NCBI GenBank assembly: GCA_040182905.1
Contig: JARQWU010000008.1
Coordinates: forward strand, 49,896-69,895
Direction of reading: 5' to 3'
Origin: Barthelona sp. PAP020
Lineage: Eukaryota
DNA length: 20,000 bases
Part shown: positions 17,641-20,000 of the stretch, one piece after another
How positions within the stretch are numbered: the first letter of the stretch is position 1
Layout of the letters: each line of letters opens with the position of its first letter
Notes under the pieces: model-generated
Database searches by the model: none
Seen by the model: the letters and a program-made list of their open reading frames with translations, nothing else
Told to the model about the DNA's origin: nothing
Program-made: the position numbers and the translations under genes

Positions 17641-17700
17641 CTTCATGCAAGCTATAGAAAAATTTTTTCTTTACAAATGCATTGAAAAAGTCTTTTTCAA
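17636..17700. repeat. Cluster of three short perfect inverted repeats at and just after the giant ORF stop codon
   Basis: TATAGCTT-catgc-AAGCTATA (17636-17656), AGAAAAA-t-TTTTTCT (17656-17670) and TTGAAAAAG-t-CTTTTTCAA (17682-17700). The repeats are seen directly; their function is unknown. Confidence 0.6.
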
Positions 17701-18025
17701 ATGTTTAGATACAATTTGGAATTTTCACAGATAAAAAATGTTAATTGATTTATTCTTTATTTTATCAAAGGAAGAACTCAAGCCTCACAATTTAAAAATT
17801 GGATTTTTGTTGTTTCTGTAGAATATTCATGTTTTGTTGTTCTTCAATGGATCATTTACTGTATTAATTCTAATCTCTGAATAATTGTTCAAAAATCAAA
17901 CTTTTATGAACGATTAAATCATGGAACATCAGATTCTTTCATATTACTTTGCATAATCTTGGAACATTAACAACAATAATAATAAAAAGAAATTAATTGT
18001 AACAAAAGCTTATTTACAAATCAAC

Positions 18026-19261
18026 TCAAGCATCCAGTTTTCTTCTTACAACTTGAGTTGCACAATGTGCACCACCATACATTGAAGTGATGCCAGAAAA
18101 TTGAACATATTCTACAGTTCCTGAAAATTTCGGATGATTTTGAATAACTTCGGTAATATCTTCATTAATGGTAATTAATCTTTCTTTACCAAGATTAATA
18201 TGATTACAAGCGTAGTTTAATTGCCAATCACTAGGGACTGGAATAATTTCTAAACCCAAACTTTCAAGGTATCGGGCAAAATGAATGTCTTTTTCAATTA
18301 ATTCATACTTGTCATCTTTCTTTTCATAAAGATCGACTTCTCTTCGTATTGTAGAATCATCAGGAATAAGATCTTCATGTAATAAACATAGATTCTCATT
18401 AATGGTGTTAAATACACAATCTAAATGCATTCTGTCTTGATTACAATCAAATCTATCATGCACAAGTGCCACATATCTTGTTCCAAAAAGATCATTGTCC
18501 ATCATGTATTTTACAGCACCTTCAGTAGTACGCAATCCAACCCCAATCATTGAAATCTCCTTTGAAAATGGAATGAAATCCCCACCTTCTCCAGTTTCAG
18601 GTTCAGGAATAGCACCAATAATATTTATACCCAATTGCTCCAAAACAAACTTCATTACACGTACTTCATCTCTCCTTTGTTGGGAACCCATACGAGACAT
18701 AACCAAACCAGCTGCTGTGGTCATTTGTTGATCACGACAAAAAACTAAATTGGCTAAAGGATCTGTCTTTGTGTAATCAGCTATTAAAGGTGTATTCTTG
18801 GGGGAAGGTTTCAAATATACAGTTGGCCTCAGCAAAATCAACCTTAAGAGCTGTGCAGAAGACATTCCGGAAATTACAGTCTTCTTATAATCATCTGTAA
18901 GTAAATATTTTTGATCTTCATTCAACATATCTTGGTCAAAACCAGAAGAAAGCTCATAAGTTAACAATTCGCATGCCAAATCTTCAACTAATGGTCTCTT
19001 TTCTTTGTCACAAATGGCAGTTAAAATTACATTTGAAACCAAATGAACATTGCAGTTAAATCTTCGTAAAGTGGAAACAAACTGTGAATGATGCAACAAA
19101 GTCTCTTCACGATTAACAGGTTTCTCAAATAAATATCCAGAAGGATGAAATCCACCAAATTCCATTTCCAAATTTGGTTGATGAACTACAACATCCACAG
19201 CAGTATCAAATTCTGATTCCTGTATGAATGGTCCAGTTGTGTTTGTCTTAAAAACAGTCAT
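18026..19261 (-). CDS. arcA: Arginine deiminase (amidinotransferase superfamily), eukaryote/archaea-type, 411 aa
   Basis: Motifs SEFD, NLVFCRD (FCRD 18731-18742), EGGD (18578-18589), GVGLRT, MHLD (18419-18430) and MYGGAHC (GGAHC 18062-18076) give the complete Cys-His-Glu/Asp catalytic set. The first ATG is at 19261 (the ORF track began at TTG 19270), with an in-frame TGA shortly upstream. Stop is TGA at 18026-18028. Confidence 0.92.
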   Translation of the reverse strand: MTVFKTNTTGPFIQESEFDTAVDVVVHQPNLEMEFGGFHPSGYLFEKPVNREETLLHHSQFVSTLRRFNCNVHLVSNVILTAICDKEKRPLVEDLACELLTYELSSGFDQDMLNEDQKYLLTDDYKKTVISGMSSAQLLRLILLRPTVYLKPSPKNTPLIADYTKTDPLANLVFCRDQQMTTAAGLVMSRMGSQQRRDEVRVMKFVLEQLGINIIGAIPEPETGEGGDFIPFSKEISMIGVGLRTTEGAVKYMMDNDLFGTRYVALVHDRFDCNQDRMHLDCVFNTINENLCLLHEDLIPDDSTIRREVDLYEKKDDKYELIEKDIHFARYLESLGLEIIPVPSDWQLNYACNHINLGKERLITINEDITEVIQNHPKFSGTVEYVQFSGITSMYGGAHCATQVVRRKLDA

Positions 19262-19801
19262 AAGTTTCAATAATAAATTAAATGATCAATTTCACATCAA
19301 CTTCTGAAAAAGTCAACAGATTTGAAAGTTTTTTGCAGCTTTTTTATCCTTCATTTGCTTTCAACACATCAATATATTGATGAATTTTTATCTATTTGTA
19401 AAAAATACGCAGCAAACAAAAATTAAAAAACGACATTTTTTTTTCAGTCAATCAAAAATGAATGTTAAGGTTTGTTTTCAAAATGTTATTTTTATAAAAT
19501 AAATCTGCAACTTTCTTTTCACATTGAAACAAAAGTAAACAAAACGACAACTTCAAACAAAAAGAAGAAATGGTGATTACACCTCAAACTTTTACCATAA
19601 TTTTTGTCTTAACATAAATATTACCTATCCTGGGATGTTCTTCTTTTCTTTCTTTTCAAAACTGAAAAATTATCTGGATGTCTCAAGCAACGAACAAAAT
19701 AAAATTAAAAGAATACTCTCAACATTGAGGATCTTCAGTTTGACAAAATTTACAAGAAAGGATCAAAAAACATTGTCAAAAAAAAAAATTAAAAACTCTC
19801 T

Positions 19802-20000
19802 TTATTTCAAACCAATAATTTCAATAAAAACAGGTTTTTCTTTGGTATATTCCTTAGAATCTGCAACAAAATAACCAACACGTTCAAATTGGAATTTCTC
19901 TTCTTTTTCACAGTTGCCCAAAGAAGGTTCAACCTTGGCGTTGCCATAAATCTGATGCGAATCTGCATTCACATGAGCTAACCAATTATCCGTCTTTCTG
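19802..20000 (-). CDS. glnS: Glutaminyl-tRNA synthetase, C-terminal 65 aa (anticodon-binding domain); 5'-partial
   Basis: The minus strand from 19999 translates as RKTDNWLAHVNADSHQIYGNAKVEPSLGNCEKEEKFQFERVGYFVADSKEYTKEKPVFIEIIGLK* (TAA at 19802-19804). FQFERxGYF followed by ...VF....LK* is the GlnRS C-terminal pattern. Eukaryotic GluRS shares QFERxG[YF], so GluRS is a less likely alternative. Confidence 0.85.
   Translation of the reverse strand, partial: RKTDNWLAHVNADSHQIYGNAKVEPSLGNCEKEEKFQFERVGYFVADSKEYTKEKPVFIEIIGLK

Noticed and set aside
779..17734. Short alternative-frame and antisense ORFs (60-108 aa) overlapping the giant ORF
   Set aside because: They lie within or overlap a strongly supported CDS, have no recognisable motifs, and their composition is what shadow frames of AT-rich coding DNA produce.
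18495..18731. 78-aa + strand ORF
   Set aside because: Antisense shadow of the arginine deiminase gene.
19262..19270. TTG start for arginine deiminase as given by the ORF track
   Set aside because: The context appears eukaryotic and an ATG lies three codons downstream at 19261.
19570..19606. Weak hairpin (ATGGTGA...TTACCAT) containing CTTTTAC and followed by Sm-site-like AATTTTTG, suggesting an snRNA such as U5
   Set aside because: The U5 loop-1 consensus GCCUUUUAC is incomplete, lies in the stem rather than a loop, and abuts the Sm-like site. Such AT-rich words arise by chance. An Infernal/Rfam scan would settle it.
19635..19874. 79-aa + strand ORF
   Set aside because: Low-complexity K/F/S-rich sequence crossing a poly-A run and overlapping the GlnRS 3' end antisense, with no motif support.
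1..20000. CRISPR arrays, tRNA/rRNA genes, transposases, introns
   Set aside because: No regularly spaced repeats, cloverleaf or rRNA-like segments, or transposase motifs were seen. All three CDSs read through without needing splicing.

Overview
AT-rich, compact, apparently intron-free window with three protein-coding genes, most consistent with an anaerobic microbial eukaryote (inference). (1) A giant + strand ORF is open from base 1 to the TAG at 17640 (at least 5879 codons; the 5' end probably lies outside the window). It encodes a highly divergent midasin (Mdn1/Rea1)-like protein: N-terminal region, six tandem AAA+ modules, long linker, short acidic tract, and an atypical tail. The tail has two degenerate vWA domains (the second resembling the midasin MIDAS domain), a class I glutamine amidotransferase-like domain and a final vWA domain with an intact MIDAS. 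(2) A convergent eukaryote/archaea-type arginine deiminase lies on the - strand. (3) The 3' end of a glutaminyl-tRNA synthetase gene, missed by the ORF track, lies on the - strand. The most interesting element is the giant protein, which looks like a re-purposed midasin paralogue with a remodelled, partly dead ATPase ring and a swapped C-terminal substrate-binding module. All domain calls come from motif recognition by eye; no database searches were run.
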